Assembly (NCBI GenBank): GCA_040767425.1
Contig: JAXGON010000001.1
Coordinates: 5,477-69,476, forward strand
Direction of reading: 5' to 3'
Length of the DNA stretch: 64,000 nucleotides
Source: Anaerolineae bacterium
GTDB taxonomy: Bacteria > Chloroflexota > Anaerolineae > UBA1429
The notes below the pieces were generated by a model that was not told where the DNA came from, did not search any database, and saw nothing but the letters and a program-made list of their open reading frames with translations. The stretch's first letter is position 1, and each line of letters opens with the position of its first letter. Shown one piece after another: positions 26,592-35,504 of the stretch. The position numbers and the translations under genes were made by a program.

Positions 26592-27269
26592 CTACTCGGC
26601 GCCCTCGGCGTCATCAGAGGCGTCTTCCTCGGACTCGGCCTCCTCACGCTCGGCCGCCTCGCCCTCAACACCCAGGAGCTCGAGCTCCTCTTCTTCTTCC
26701 TCTTCCTCTTCCATGCGAGGCGCGGCCACGTGGATCACGTCGGTGTCTGGTTCGGTGAGAACGTCCACATTGGGGGGGATGACGAGATCCGCCACCACGA
26801 TGGCGTCACCAAAGTTCTCTAGGCCGCTGATATCGACCGTGATCTCGGTAGGCATGTCGCCAGGGAGACACTCGACCTCCAGGGTCTCGAGCGTCTGCAC
26901 CACGGTGCCGCCGATCTCGACCACCGGGGCGATGCCTGTCTGTACGATGGGAATCTCGGTCGACACCTTTTGGTCGGCAACCACGGCGTAAAAGTCGACG
27001 TGCAGCAGGCTATAGGTGACTGGATCGCGCTGGATATCACGAATGAGGACGGTATGTGGCGACTCATTGCCGGCGACATCCAGGGTGATTAGCCGGTTAT
27101 AGCCCGCTTGAGCGACCGTCTGGATGGCCGCCTCGGCGTCCATCTCCAGGCTCTCGGTATCGATGGCGGCGCCATAGACCACCGCCGGCAGCTTTCCCTC
27201 TCTGCGCAGAGCGCGCGCCGTCTGCGATAGATCGCGCTTGGCAGCCGCAAGATAGATATCGTTCGCCAT
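26592..27269 (-). CDS. rplY: 50S ribosomal protein L25 / general stress protein Ctc, with an acidic poly-Glu C-terminal tail.
   Basis: MANDIYLAAAKRDLSQTARALRREGKLPAVVYG is a typical L25 N-terminus. The C-terminus carries EEEEEEEEELELLGVEGEAAEREEAESEED. Confidence 0.8.
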   Translation of the reverse strand: MANDIYLAAAKRDLSQTARALRREGKLPAVVYGAAIDTESLEMDAEAAIQTVAQAGYNRLITLDVAGNESPHTVLIRDIQRDPVTYSLLHVDFYAVVADQKVSTEIPIVQTGIAPVVEIGGTVVQTLETLEVECLPGDMPTEITVDISGLENFGDAIVVADLVIPPNVDVLTEPDTDVIHVAAPRMEEEEEEEEELELLGVEGEAAEREEAESEEDASDDAEGAE

Positions 27270-27345
27270 CGTCCACTGACCCCCCGTAACTGCCCTGCAT
27301 CGACAGCGCAAGATCGCTGCGATGATTTTTCACATGCAACTCGCA

Positions 27346-27374
27346 GAGTATAGCGACGGGTCGCAGAAGGGTCA
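27346..27374 (-). promoter_or_regulatory. Candidate promoter of the L25 gene.
   Basis: On the minus strand TTGACC (27369-27374), a 17-bp spacer, then TATACT (27346-27351). This leaves a leader of about 70 nt to the ATG at 27269. Confidence 0.4.
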
Positions 27375-27391
27375 AATCGCGTGTTCCCTCA

Positions 27392-27487
27392 GCTAACATG
27401 TTACCGAACGAGTATGATTCCCTCAGACGAGCATGTTGCTGGGGGAGTCATGAGGTGGGGCCTTCGGTAACATTATCATTTGGGTGG
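27392..27487. repeat. Third copy of the 28-30 bp repeat (27461-27487) together with an inverted partner (27392-27408), giving an 11-bp perfect inverted repeat around about 50 bp.
   Basis: 27461-27487 (CCTTCGGTAACATTATCATTTGGGTGG) is identical to 7300-7326. 27392-27408 (TAACATGTTACCGAACG) is its inverted arm, so AATGTTACCGAA pairs with TTCGGTAACATT. GC content here is about 40%, against about 65% for the surrounding DNA. Confidence 0.5.
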
Positions 27488-27502
27488 ACACATACGCATA
27501 AG

Positions 27503-29755
27503 TCACCACAACGGTTCGAGCTCTGCCTGGCCAGCAGCTACTCGGCCCAGGAGCAGCTCCGATGCGGCGGGATCGCTGGCTGTCATCACGGGCCACCGCT
27601 GCAGGCTGTGGAGCTCATAGAGGCAGAGATAGATCAGCATCTCGTCCTGCCAGTCGTCCGCGAGTGCGATGACTCGGCGGTCCACGAACTCGTCTCCCGC
27701 CTCCCACAGCGAGGTGGCCAGGCGCCCGTTGGCGAGGGGGCCGTCGGCTTGGGCTATCACCCGGTTGGCCGAGTCGCGGAGCTGCACCGAGACTTGGAGG
27801 TCCACCTTAGGAGCGGCGTGGGCCTGCCAGGCGGTAGCGATCTCTAGCTGGTTGCCGTGGAGGTGCGCGTCCAAACCACTCATGAAAAGCGCCTGACCAA
27901 AAGTGTAGGCGACGGGCTCGAGCTCATGGCTATCGTTCAACCCCCTCAGCTTGATCGGCCCAAGGCGGAGGGTGCGCCCGATGCGCTGGCCACCGGCCCC
28001 AAAGATGGCCAGGGGCCTTTCGGGCGTCCAGCGCGGGAAAAGGCTGACATCCAGCCAGATGGTTCGATGGGGACGGGGTGCCAGGTCGTCGGGTAGGCGC
28101 ATGACCAACTGTTCCAGGTATAGCCCCGGGTCCCAGGAGTCGGTGGCCAGCGATCCGTTGCCGGGGTAGCGGGCGATTTCTGCCAAGAGCGTCCCATCAT
28201 CGTCGTACAGCTTGGCCGAAAGCACCAGCATGGTCCAAACTGGCTCGTTGGCCTGCCAGACTAGTTCGGCCTCGAATGTCCCGCCTGGATCGACCGCTGG
28301 CGTCAAGATGCGCCACGCTGGCATCTCGATCGATCCACCAAAGCGGTATGACGACTGATGATAGGCGGCCAAGTCCTCACGAGTGAGAGTCTTGGGATAG
28401 GCATAGGCGGGCATGATCACCAGCAGAGGCGTCAGCGCGACCAGGCCGGCCATGCCACCCAGCGGCAGCCACGGGATCCAGCGGGCTCTCAAGGCGTCGC
28501 CCAGCGTTACCCAGCCCAGCCCCAGGAGCAGGCCGAGAGCGGGCAACCCGGGCAAGAGGTAGCGCCCCTGCACGTGAGACCAGCCTTGTAATGCCCAGAG
28601 GGCCTGAGGCACCGCCAGCGCGACCATGACCATCACTGCTGCTAGCCCCGTAGCGGCCCGCTGGCGCCGTGTCGGCTGCCGCCGCAGCCAGATAGCGAGG
28701 CCCAAAAGCGGCGGCAGAACAATCCCTAGCGCAGCCAGATAGACCCACCGCTCATAGGCGACATTGTTGTAGCCAAAGCCGGCCCAAAAGGTGCGCAGGG
28801 CGTGCCACCAGGATCCCCAGCGCGTCAGGCCCGAGAGCGCCGTGGTGAGGGTGCCTTTCTCCGTCAAGAGCTCGCGGAGGATGCTCCATGGGCCGGCCAG
28901 GAGGCCGCCCGTCGTTGCCAGGTTGCGGAGGTACCACCATCCCGCTCCGAGGGCGACGACGACCAGGCCCGCCAGCCCGATGGTGATGGCGCGGCGGGTG
29001 CCGGTCCGGAACGTCGCCATCACAGCCAACGCTGGGATCAGCAGCAGGGGGAGACCGTTGGTCTTGGTGAGGGCGAGCATGGCCATGCCAAGTCCCAGGA
29101 TGAGCAGGGCCCGCAGGTAGTGCACGCCTTGCAGCACCAGCAGGCTGCCATATAGGGCCACGGCCGCCGCCAAGGTGACGGCGATGTCGTTGTTGACCAC
29201 GGCGCTGGTAAAGCGGAACTGCGGCCAGAAGGTCACCATCAGGGCGGCGGCCCACCGGATTGCGGGCTGGTCCGGCCAGACGGTCTGGCCGCAGAGATAC
29301 ACGAGCAGGATCACCAGCCCGCCCAGTAGCACCGACACCCATCGCGCCAGGTGAACGCCGAGCGTGTCACCGCGGTAGGGCCAGGCTTCGGCGACTGGAT
29401 CGTGCATGGCGACGTTATGGCCCCCCTGGGCGTCGGGGAAGCGCGCATAGCGGTTGACCTGGTACTCCAGGGGCCCATCCAGGTCGATCAGGGAGACGGG
29501 CAGCGCGCTCACCACATAGTACAGGGGCGGTTGGTGGGTTTCATCCTGGGAAGGGGCGGTCGTGGTGCCGGGTGGTGGTAGGCGCCCTTCCATAGCGATG
29601 TAGCGCAGCTTGGCATAGTGCCCCACCTCGTCGTGGGCCTCCCAGATAGGAATGGTGACGCTATAGTAGACGCCCAGCACCATGTGGCAGAGGAGCAGCA
29701 GGCCCAGCCAGACGGTCTCTTGGGGGCGACGAGATGTCGTGCTTGGCATGGTCAC
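27503..29755 (-). CDS. Membrane glycosyltransferase, GT39/ArnT-like (polyprenol-phosphate-dependent), with a large C-terminal extracytoplasmic domain.
   Basis: 750 aa with about 11 predicted TM helices in the N-terminal 450 aa. A first-loop acidic motif (HDEVGHY) matches the GT-C family pattern. Confidence 0.65.
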   Translation of the reverse strand: MTMPSTTSRRPQETVWLGLLLLCHMVLGVYYSVTIPIWEAHDEVGHYAKLRYIAMEGRLPPPGTTTAPSQDETHQPPLYYVVSALPVSLIDLDGPLEYQVNRYARFPDAQGGHNVAMHDPVAEAWPYRGDTLGVHLARWVSVLLGGLVILLVYLCGQTVWPDQPAIRWAAALMVTFWPQFRFTSAVVNNDIAVTLAAAVALYGSLLVLQGVHYLRALLILGLGMAMLALTKTNGLPLLLIPALAVMATFRTGTRRAITIGLAGLVVVALGAGWWYLRNLATTGGLLAGPWSILRELLTEKGTLTTALSGLTRWGSWWHALRTFWAGFGYNNVAYERWVYLAALGIVLPPLLGLAIWLRRQPTRRQRAATGLAAVMVMVALAVPQALWALQGWSHVQGRYLLPGLPALGLLLGLGWVTLGDALRARWIPWLPLGGMAGLVALTPLLVIMPAYAYPKTLTREDLAAYHQSSYRFGGSIEMPAWRILTPAVDPGGTFEAELVWQANEPVWTMLVLSAKLYDDDGTLLAEIARYPGNGSLATDSWDPGLYLEQLVMRLPDDLAPRPHRTIWLDVSLFPRWTPERPLAIFGAGGQRIGRTLRLGPIKLRGLNDSHELEPVAYTFGQALFMSGLDAHLHGNQLEIATAWQAHAAPKVDLQVSVQLRDSANRVIAQADGPLANGRLATSLWEAGDEFVDRRVIALADDWQDEMLIYLCLYELHSLQRWPVMTASDPAASELLLGRVAAGQAELEPLW

Positions 29756-29845
29756 ACACTCCTCCAGCCATCGCCTTCGGTGGGATCATGGTACCAGGGA
29801 GTGCGCCATCGTGCAACGCCCCCCCCAGGTCCGCTCCAGCGCGGT

Positions 29846-29875
29846 TTGACAGGCTCTCGACCTCTCGGCGATACT
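29846..29875 (+). promoter_or_regulatory. Candidate promoter for galK.
   Basis: TTGACA (29846-29851), an 18-bp spacer, then GATACT (29870-29875), 37 nt before the ATG at 29912. Confidence 0.35.
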
Positions 29876-29911
29876 GTCGTGGGTGGATCACCGACATGGG
29901 GGACAACTGGC

Positions 29912-31294
29912 ATGGAACCAACAGGGCCAACGACGCGTGCCCTTGAAGCGATATACGGCGACGATCCTGAACTGCTGGCGGCTCAGGTGGAGCGCTATCG
30001 CGCTGATCTGGCCATGTTTGCGGAGCTGTATGGGCCGGGTGAGGTGCGGGTCTGCCGCGCGCCCGGTCGAGTGAACCTGATAGGCGAGCATACCGACTAT
30101 AACCAGGGCTATGTGCTGCCTGTCGCCCTGGACAAGGACGTACTGCTGTTCTGCCGTCCGCGAGAGGATGATCTGGTGCAGCTTCAGAACGTCGAGAGCG
30201 TCTATCCTGGCCGCGAGTTCCGCCTCATGTCCGAGATCCCCCCGCAGGCCGTGGGCGATTGGGCCAACTATGCACAGGGCCCAGCCCAGCTACTGGCCCG
30301 TGAATCGGGCGTGGCCCTAAAGGGCATGGATGCCCTGGTGGACGGACGTTCGCCGCACGGAATCCCTCGTGGCTCTGGGCTGTCGTCGTCGTCGGCGTTG
30401 ACGGTGGCCACCGCGGTGGCCTTGGTTGAACTGAACGAGGTGGATCTGGAGGGTGCGGCCCTGGCGGATGCTTGCGGGCGGGCTGAATGGTACGTGGGCA
30501 CCCGTGGTGGCATCATGGACCAGTTCAGCGCTGTACTGGCTCGCCGCGATCATGCGCTATTCCTGGACTGCCGACCGCGTGGCGAGGCCACTGCCTATGC
30601 CTATGAGCATGTGCCTCTCCCGGCCGGCTATGCGGTTGTGGTGGTGGATAGTGGCGTCCGCCATCGGAATACGGGGCCCCATTTCAACCGACGCGTGGCC
30701 GAGTGTCGCGTCGGGGTGCGTCTTTTGCAGCGGCACTACCCAGAGGTCCAGGCGTTGCGCGACGCCGAGGGGTTGCCGTGGGGCGATCTGGAGCCGCTGC
30801 TACCGGAATCGATCAGCCGTGCGGAGTTGGAAGCGCTGGGCATCGACCCGGATGCGCTCCTAGACCGTGGTGTGGCTACCGAGACCGACGAGTTTCAGGT
30901 GCGCAGGCGCTGCCGCCACGTGATCACCGAGAACGCCCGCGTGGTGGAGGCAGTGGCACGGCTCAAGGCGGGGGACGTGCCGGCCTTTGGCGCTCTGATG
31001 AACCGGGCGCACGCCAGCGCCCGAGACGACTATGAGATCAGCACGCCCGAGATCGAGGTGCTGGTGGGGCTGGCGCAAGATGAGGATGGCGTGGTAGGGG
31101 CGCGGCTGACCGGCGCCGGCTGGGGTGGATGCATCGTGGCCCTGGTCTCCAGCGACAGGGCGGCCTCCTTTTGCCAGAACGTGCCTCCCGCCTATGAGCG
31201 CGAGACGGGCCGACGTGCCCAGGCCTTTTTGTGCCGTTCAGGCCCGGGGGCTGGCTTGGTGTTACGCACTACCACAGAGGACGAGGTGTCATGA
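29912..31294 (+). CDS. galK: Galactokinase (GHMP kinase).
   Basis: Contains APGRVNLIGEHTDY, the GHMP motif PRGSGLSSSSAL, and a C-terminal GAGWGGC. The ORF track starts it at 29618; I chose the MEPTG ATG at 29912. Confidence 0.8.
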   Translation: MEPTGPTTRALEAIYGDDPELLAAQVERYRADLAMFAELYGPGEVRVCRAPGRVNLIGEHTDYNQGYVLPVALDKDVLLFCRPREDDLVQLQNVESVYPGREFRLMSEIPPQAVGDWANYAQGPAQLLARESGVALKGMDALVDGRSPHGIPRGSGLSSSSALTVATAVALVELNEVDLEGAALADACGRAEWYVGTRGGIMDQFSAVLARRDHALFLDCRPRGEATAYAYEHVPLPAGYAVVVVDSGVRHRNTGPHFNRRVAECRVGVRLLQRHYPEVQALRDAEGLPWGDLEPLLPESISRAELEALGIDPDALLDRGVATETDEFQVRRRCRHVITENARVVEAVARLKAGDVPAFGALMNRAHASARDDYEISTPEIEVLVGLAQDEDGVVGARLTGAGWGGCIVALVSSDRAASFCQNVPPAYERETGRRAQAFLCRSGPGAGLVLRTTTEDEVS

Positions 31295-31716
31295 CGGACA
31301 AGGTGCTGTCCCGCGCGGAAGATGTCTATGCCGCCGGCGGCCATTGATCGGAGGCAATCGTCCTTGCCGTCGGCGAGGCGCTGTTTGGTCGAGTGCCTGG
31401 CCCGTTGACGCGAGCCAGCAGCCCCTTTGGAGGCGGGGTAGGGGGCTCGCTGGACGAGATGTGCGGGCTCTTGAGCGGGGGCGTCCTGCTGATTGGCGCG
31501 CTGCTGGGACGCGAGCTGCCCGACTGGCCTGACGAGGAGGCGCAGCGTTTGGCGGCGCTATGGCGCCAGCGCTTCCTGGCCGAATACGGCGCCACCCGCT
31601 GCAGGACGCTCCGCGATGCCCTGCCCGACGTCCCCCATCGCTGCCGGTCCCTGGTCAGGCAAGCGACGGCTCTCTTGCGAGATCTGTTGGCGGAGGAGGG
31701 CCACCTCGAGCCCTAG
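31291..31716 (+). CDS. C_GCAxxG_C_C family putative redox protein with an in-frame TGA (31345-31347) at the first conserved Cys, a candidate selenoprotein of about 141 aa.
   Basis: Reading through the TGA gives MTDKVLSRAEDVYAAGGH-U-SEAIVLAVGEAL...FGGGVGGSLDEMCGLLSGGVLLIGALLG...GATRCRTLRDALPDVPHRCRSLV. Every family motif is in one frame: xH-C-AESVL with the Cys replaced by TGA, FGGG.G, the C-G-x-x-x-G motif, and the two C-terminal Cys. The ATG overlaps the galK stop (ATGA). A hairpin GGCAA-ucgucc-UUGCC starts 6 nt after the TGA. Confidence 0.6.
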
Positions 31717-32585
31717 TCCGTCGGCTCAAGCCCCACGTGCGAGGCAGCGGGCGTAATCCAGGCGCGAGACATGCGCTGGGTATTCATGGCGCAACCGATC
31801 TCTCCGTCGCGGGTGAGTACAATCAGGCCGCCCTCGCCGTGCACGCGCTGGGCGAGATAGGCGATAGCCTCTTCGGCGGCTTGCTGGGCGGTCATACCCC
31901 CCTTGGCCAGGTGGTCGATGCAACGCTTGGCCATGACGATGCGGGTGATCTGTTCCCCGACGCCGGTGCAGGACACGCCGCCCACCTGGTCGTCGGCATA
32001 GATCCCGGCGCCGATACAGGGCACGTCACCCACCCGGCCGGGCACTTTGAGCGGCGAGCCTCCCGTGGAAACGCCGGCGGCCAGGTGGCCCGAGAGATCC
32101 AAGGCCACCGCTCCCACCGTGTCGCTAATCCCCTGATGGGCCAGCACGCGCTCGCGCTCGCGAGCCACGATCAGCTCATCGGGTGAGCAGCGACGCAGGC
32201 CATGCTGCTCGCCCCAGCGATGCGCTCCCTCCCCCACCAAGAGCACGTGAGGAGCGGATACCAGCAGCCGTGCCAGGGAGATGGGGTTGCGCATCTGGGA
32301 GATGGCGGCCACGGCCCCGGCGTTGAGGTCGGCGCCCTCCATAAAGGCCGCATCCATAGAGAGCGCGCCATCCAGGTCCAGGAACGAGCCCCGGCCGGCA
32401 TCAAATACCTCGTCATCCTCCATCACACGGATGGCCGCCTCTACGGCGTCCTCGGCGCTGCCGCCAGCCGTCAGCAGCTCCCAGCCCACTTGGCTGGCCC
32501 TTTGCACGCCCAGGCGGTGCCCCTCGGCCTGCTCATCGGGGATGTCGCCGGCGCCCCCATGGACTACGATGACGGGTCGTGACAT
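31713..32585 (-). CDS. Isoaspartyl peptidase/L-asparaginase (Ntn-hydrolase, plant-type asparaginase family).
   Basis: Contains HGGAG, the autoproteolytic GT nucleophile (DTVGAVALD), and GVSTGG. Confidence 0.8.
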   Translation of the reverse strand: MSRPVIVVHGGAGDIPDEQAEGHRLGVQRASQVGWELLTAGGSAEDAVEAAIRVMEDDEVFDAGRGSFLDLDGALSMDAAFMEGADLNAGAVAAISQMRNPISLARLLVSAPHVLLVGEGAHRWGEQHGLRRCSPDELIVARERERVLAHQGISDTVGAVALDLSGHLAAGVSTGGSPLKVPGRVGDVPCIGAGIYADDQVGGVSCTGVGEQITRIVMAKRCIDHLAKGGMTAQQAAEEAIAYLAQRVHGEGGLIVLTRDGEIGCAMNTQRMSRAWITPAASHVGLEPTD

Positions 32586-32607
32586 GGCATACTCCTTTAT
32601 CGGACGG

Positions 32608-33573
32608 CTAGACGAGGCCGTGGGGCAGGGGACGGCGCTGTGTAGCCATGAATTGCGCTACGTCCGCCAGGCCAAAGGTTCCCTCCATGGGGCCCAGGCG
32701 CGTGGTGGCCAAGGCGCCCACGGCATTGGCAAACATCCCTGCGGTGGCGAGGTCCCATCCTCTCAGCAGCGCCGTCACCAATCCGGCCGCATAGCAATCC
32801 CCGGCGCCGGTAGGATCCACCTGGGTTACGCTGAACGGGGCGATCTCTAGCGTGAGATCTTGGGTGAACAGCGTCGAGCCAGCCGCACCGCGCTTGAGAG
32901 CCACCAGCTTGATCCCGCGGGCGAGCAGCTCTCGGGCCCCTGCCTCGGGCGTATCTGCGTCCACCAACCCTAACAGCTCGGCGCCGCTTGGCAGCAGGTA
33001 GGTGGTGACCTCCAGGATCGGTTGGCAGATGGCGCGGATCTCGTCAATCGGCATCAGCTCCGGACGCAGATTGGGGTCCAATGAGATGGTGCCGCCGCGC
33101 TGGGAGACATCCTGAGCCAGCGCATAGCAGACCTCTCGCAGCGAGGTCCCGACGCTGAGGGAGGAGCCGGTAATGTGCAGGTGCTGCACCCCCTCAAGAT
33201 AGCCCACAGGGATCTGCCCCAGGGTCACGTCAGCGGCGGCTGCGTCGTGGAGGTGGAACAGGAACGCCCGCTCTCCATCGGAGCGGTAGGACACAAAGGC
33301 CATGCCGGTCAGCCGCTCGGAAGACACGCGCAGCGCCTGAAGGTCCAGCCCATCGGCTTGCAGGCGATCGGCGATGCAGCGACCAAAGGCATCGTCGCCG
33401 ATGGTGGCTACCATGCCAACGGACCCGCCTAGGCGGGCAGCGGCGCTGGCAAAGATGGCGGGCGCGCCGCTGGGGAATGGGCCGGCAAAGGTCCCCGGGC
33501 GGTCGAGCGGCTGATCCAGCTCGGTCCGCATGATCTCTACCAATGCCTCGCCTGCGGCGATGATGGAGGGCAT
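32608..33573 (-). CDS. PfkB family carbohydrate kinase (ribokinase/KDG-kinase-like).
   Basis: C-terminal DPTGAGDCYAAGLV anion-hole motif and an N-terminal GEALVE...G pattern. Start taken at the internal MPSIIAAGEAL. Confidence 0.8.
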   Translation of the reverse strand: MPSIIAAGEALVEIMRTELDQPLDRPGTFAGPFPSGAPAIFASAAARLGGSVGMVATIGDDAFGRCIADRLQADGLDLQALRVSSERLTGMAFVSYRSDGERAFLFHLHDAAAADVTLGQIPVGYLEGVQHLHITGSSLSVGTSLREVCYALAQDVSQRGGTISLDPNLRPELMPIDEIRAICQPILEVTTYLLPSGAELLGLVDADTPEAGARELLARGIKLVALKRGAAGSTLFTQDLTLEIAPFSVTQVDPTGAGDCYAAGLVTALLRGWDLATAGMFANAVGALATTRLGPMEGTFGLADVAQFMATQRRPLPHGLV

Positions 33574-33700
33574 GGGCCACCTGCCTTTCGTCCTTGCGAC
33601 CGGCCCACATTCTAGCGATGCCACGGTTGGCGGTCAATGCTGCTCCTTGCCACGGGTAGCGCTCGCGCATACACTCTGGCTATGTGGCGCTGGCAAGGAG

Positions 33701-34435
33701 ATGCTTGTGCGTGTTCTGGTAGTCTCTGATGTGCACTCGAACCTAGCTGCTTTGCAGGCTGTTTTGGCAGACGCCGGCGCCTTTGATGCGCTCTGGTCCT
33801 TGGGCGACGTTGTCGGGTATGGTCCGCAACCCAACGAGTGCATCGCGACGCTGCGCGAGCACGAGCATTCGTATATCGCTGGCAACCACGATTGGGGCGT
33901 GTTGGGCAAGATCCCGCTGGATGATTTCAACGGCGATGCGCGCAAAGCCAACCTCTGGAACCGCGAGCAGCTCACCCCAGAGTCGCTAGCCTACTTGGAA
34001 GCAGCCCCCGAGACCATCGTCAAAGGGGACGTGACGCTGGCCCATGGCAGCCCCCGGTATCCCATCTGGGAGTACCTCGTCTATGCCAGCACGGCCAAGT
34101 TGAGCTACGAGTTCTTTGAGACCAAGCTGTGCCTCGTGGGGCATACCCATGTGCCAGCCCTCTTTGAGATGGCTCCCCAAGACTCGGATTGCCGCAGGTT
34201 CGCCCTTCCCGTCGGTGAGCCCTTTGCCCTTGAAGAGGGACGCTACATCGTCAACCCCGGCAGCGTGGGCCAACCACGCGACGGCGATCCCAGGGCAGCG
34301 TACCTGCTGCTAGACACGGACGATCTCACCATGGACCACCGACGCGTGCCCTATGACATCGCTGCCACACAGGAACTGATGCGCCAAGCCGGCCTCCCGC
34401 GCCGGAACATTGCCAGGTTGGAGAGAGGTTGGTAG
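33701..34435 (+). CDS. Metallophosphoesterase (YfcE-like phosphodiesterase family).
   Basis: Contains VVSDVHSN, GDVVGYGP, GNHD and GHTH. An AAGGAG Shine-Dalgarno precedes the ATG at 33701; the ORF track starts it at 33530. Confidence 0.75.
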   Translation: MLVRVLVVSDVHSNLAALQAVLADAGAFDALWSLGDVVGYGPQPNECIATLREHEHSYIAGNHDWGVLGKIPLDDFNGDARKANLWNREQLTPESLAYLEAAPETIVKGDVTLAHGSPRYPIWEYLVYASTAKLSYEFFETKLCLVGHTHVPALFEMAPQDSDCRRFALPVGEPFALEEGRYIVNPGSVGQPRDGDPRAAYLLLDTDDLTMDHRRVPYDIAATQELMRQAGLPRRNIARLERGW

Positions 34436-34509
34436 CGGGTGGGGAATGGAACCTGCCAAGCACCATAGGCGTCTTCCTTGTGTGAACCTACACGATCCAA
34501 GGAGGAAAC

Positions 34510-35427
34510 ATGTCGAGAGATATGAGAAGGCTCATCGGCGTCATCTTGGTGCTCGCGTTGGCGCTGACTGGATGTGCCGCGAGGCAATCCTCGGTGGAGC
34601 CAGCCGCCGACTTGGATCGCGGTGAGAAGGTAGTCTTCGAGACGGTCGTGGTCGAGAGAGCGGTCGAGGCCGAAGCCCCCGGCAATGCTGCCTCTTCCTA
34701 TGGAGTGGGTGAAGTCAGTCTCGGGTCCGCCACCGAGCAGATGATCATCCGCACGGCCAACCTGTCGGTGGTCGTCAAAGAAACCGAGGAGGCCGTGGAA
34801 AGCATCACTGGCTTGCTCAAGAGCTATCAAGGTTATGTGACTGAGTCGCATACCTGGTACTCGGGTGAAGATGTGTACGCCAACATGGTGCTCCGCGTGC
34901 CGGCCGGTTCGCTGGACGCGTTCCTGGAGGACCTGCGCACCCATGTCGTCAAGGTCGAGGATAGCAGCATCACCGGTCAGGATGTCACCGAGGAGTACAC
35001 CGACCTGCAAGCCAGGCTGCGGAACCTGGAGGCCACGGAGGCAGAACTGCTGGCGCTGCTCACCGAGGTGCGCGAGAACCGCGGCAAGGCCGAGGATATT
35101 CTCGCGATCCATCGCGAGCTCACCAACATCCGCGGGCAGATCGAGTCGCTCCAAGGCCGCAAGCAGTACCTGGAGCGCATGACGGCCATGGCCACCGTCA
35201 ACCTCTCCATCCGACCGGAGGCGACGCCGAAACCTGTGGTGCAGGATCGGTGGACGCCGCTGGTGACACTGAGCGAAGCGGCCAGAGCCCTACTTTCGGT
35301 GCTTAGGGTGTTGGCGGATCTGGCCATCTACGTGGTGGTGCTCTCGCCCATCATTATCGTCCCGATTGTGGTCATATGGCTGGTGGTCAAGCTGATCAAG
35401 CGCAACAAGTCTCGCAAGGTCAGCTAG
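34510..35427 (+). CDS. DUF4349 domain lipoprotein.
   Basis: Signal peptide with lipobox LALTGC, a coiled-coil central region, and a C-terminal TM helix. Shine-Dalgarno AAGGAGG. Confidence 0.7.
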   Translation: MSRDMRRLIGVILVLALALTGCAARQSSVEPAADLDRGEKVVFETVVVERAVEAEAPGNAASSYGVGEVSLGSATEQMIIRTANLSVVVKETEEAVESITGLLKSYQGYVTESHTWYSGEDVYANMVLRVPAGSLDAFLEDLRTHVVKVEDSSITGQDVTEEYTDLQARLRNLEATEAELLALLTEVRENRGKAEDILAIHRELTNIRGQIESLQGRKQYLERMTAMATVNLSIRPEATPKPVVQDRWTPLVTLSEAARALLSVLRVLADLAIYVVVLSPIIIVPIVVIWLVVKLIKRNKSRKVS

Positions 35428-35447
35428 CTGCATCCTCGACAACCCAC

Positions 35448-35479
35448 ACGGGCGGGCATCTCTTGCGGTGCCCGCCCGT
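35448..35479. terminator. Bidirectional GC hairpin between the convergent DUF4349 gene and valS.
   Basis: ACGGGCGGGCA, a 10-nt loop, then TGCCCGCCCGT (11-bp perfect stem). Confidence 0.5.
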
Positions 35480-35504
35480 TCGCTGTGCGGCCGCAGTCAC
35501 GCGG

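Noticed and set aside
31393-31716. The 107-aa ORF treated as a stand-alone, N-terminally truncated C_GCAxxG_C_C gene or pseudogene.
   Set aside because: The 54 nt upstream of the TGA encode, in the same frame, the family's N-terminal helix and xH-[C] motif, with an ATG coupled to the galK stop. A Sec or readthrough model explains all of the sequence. A pseudogene remains the fallback if no Sec machinery exists.
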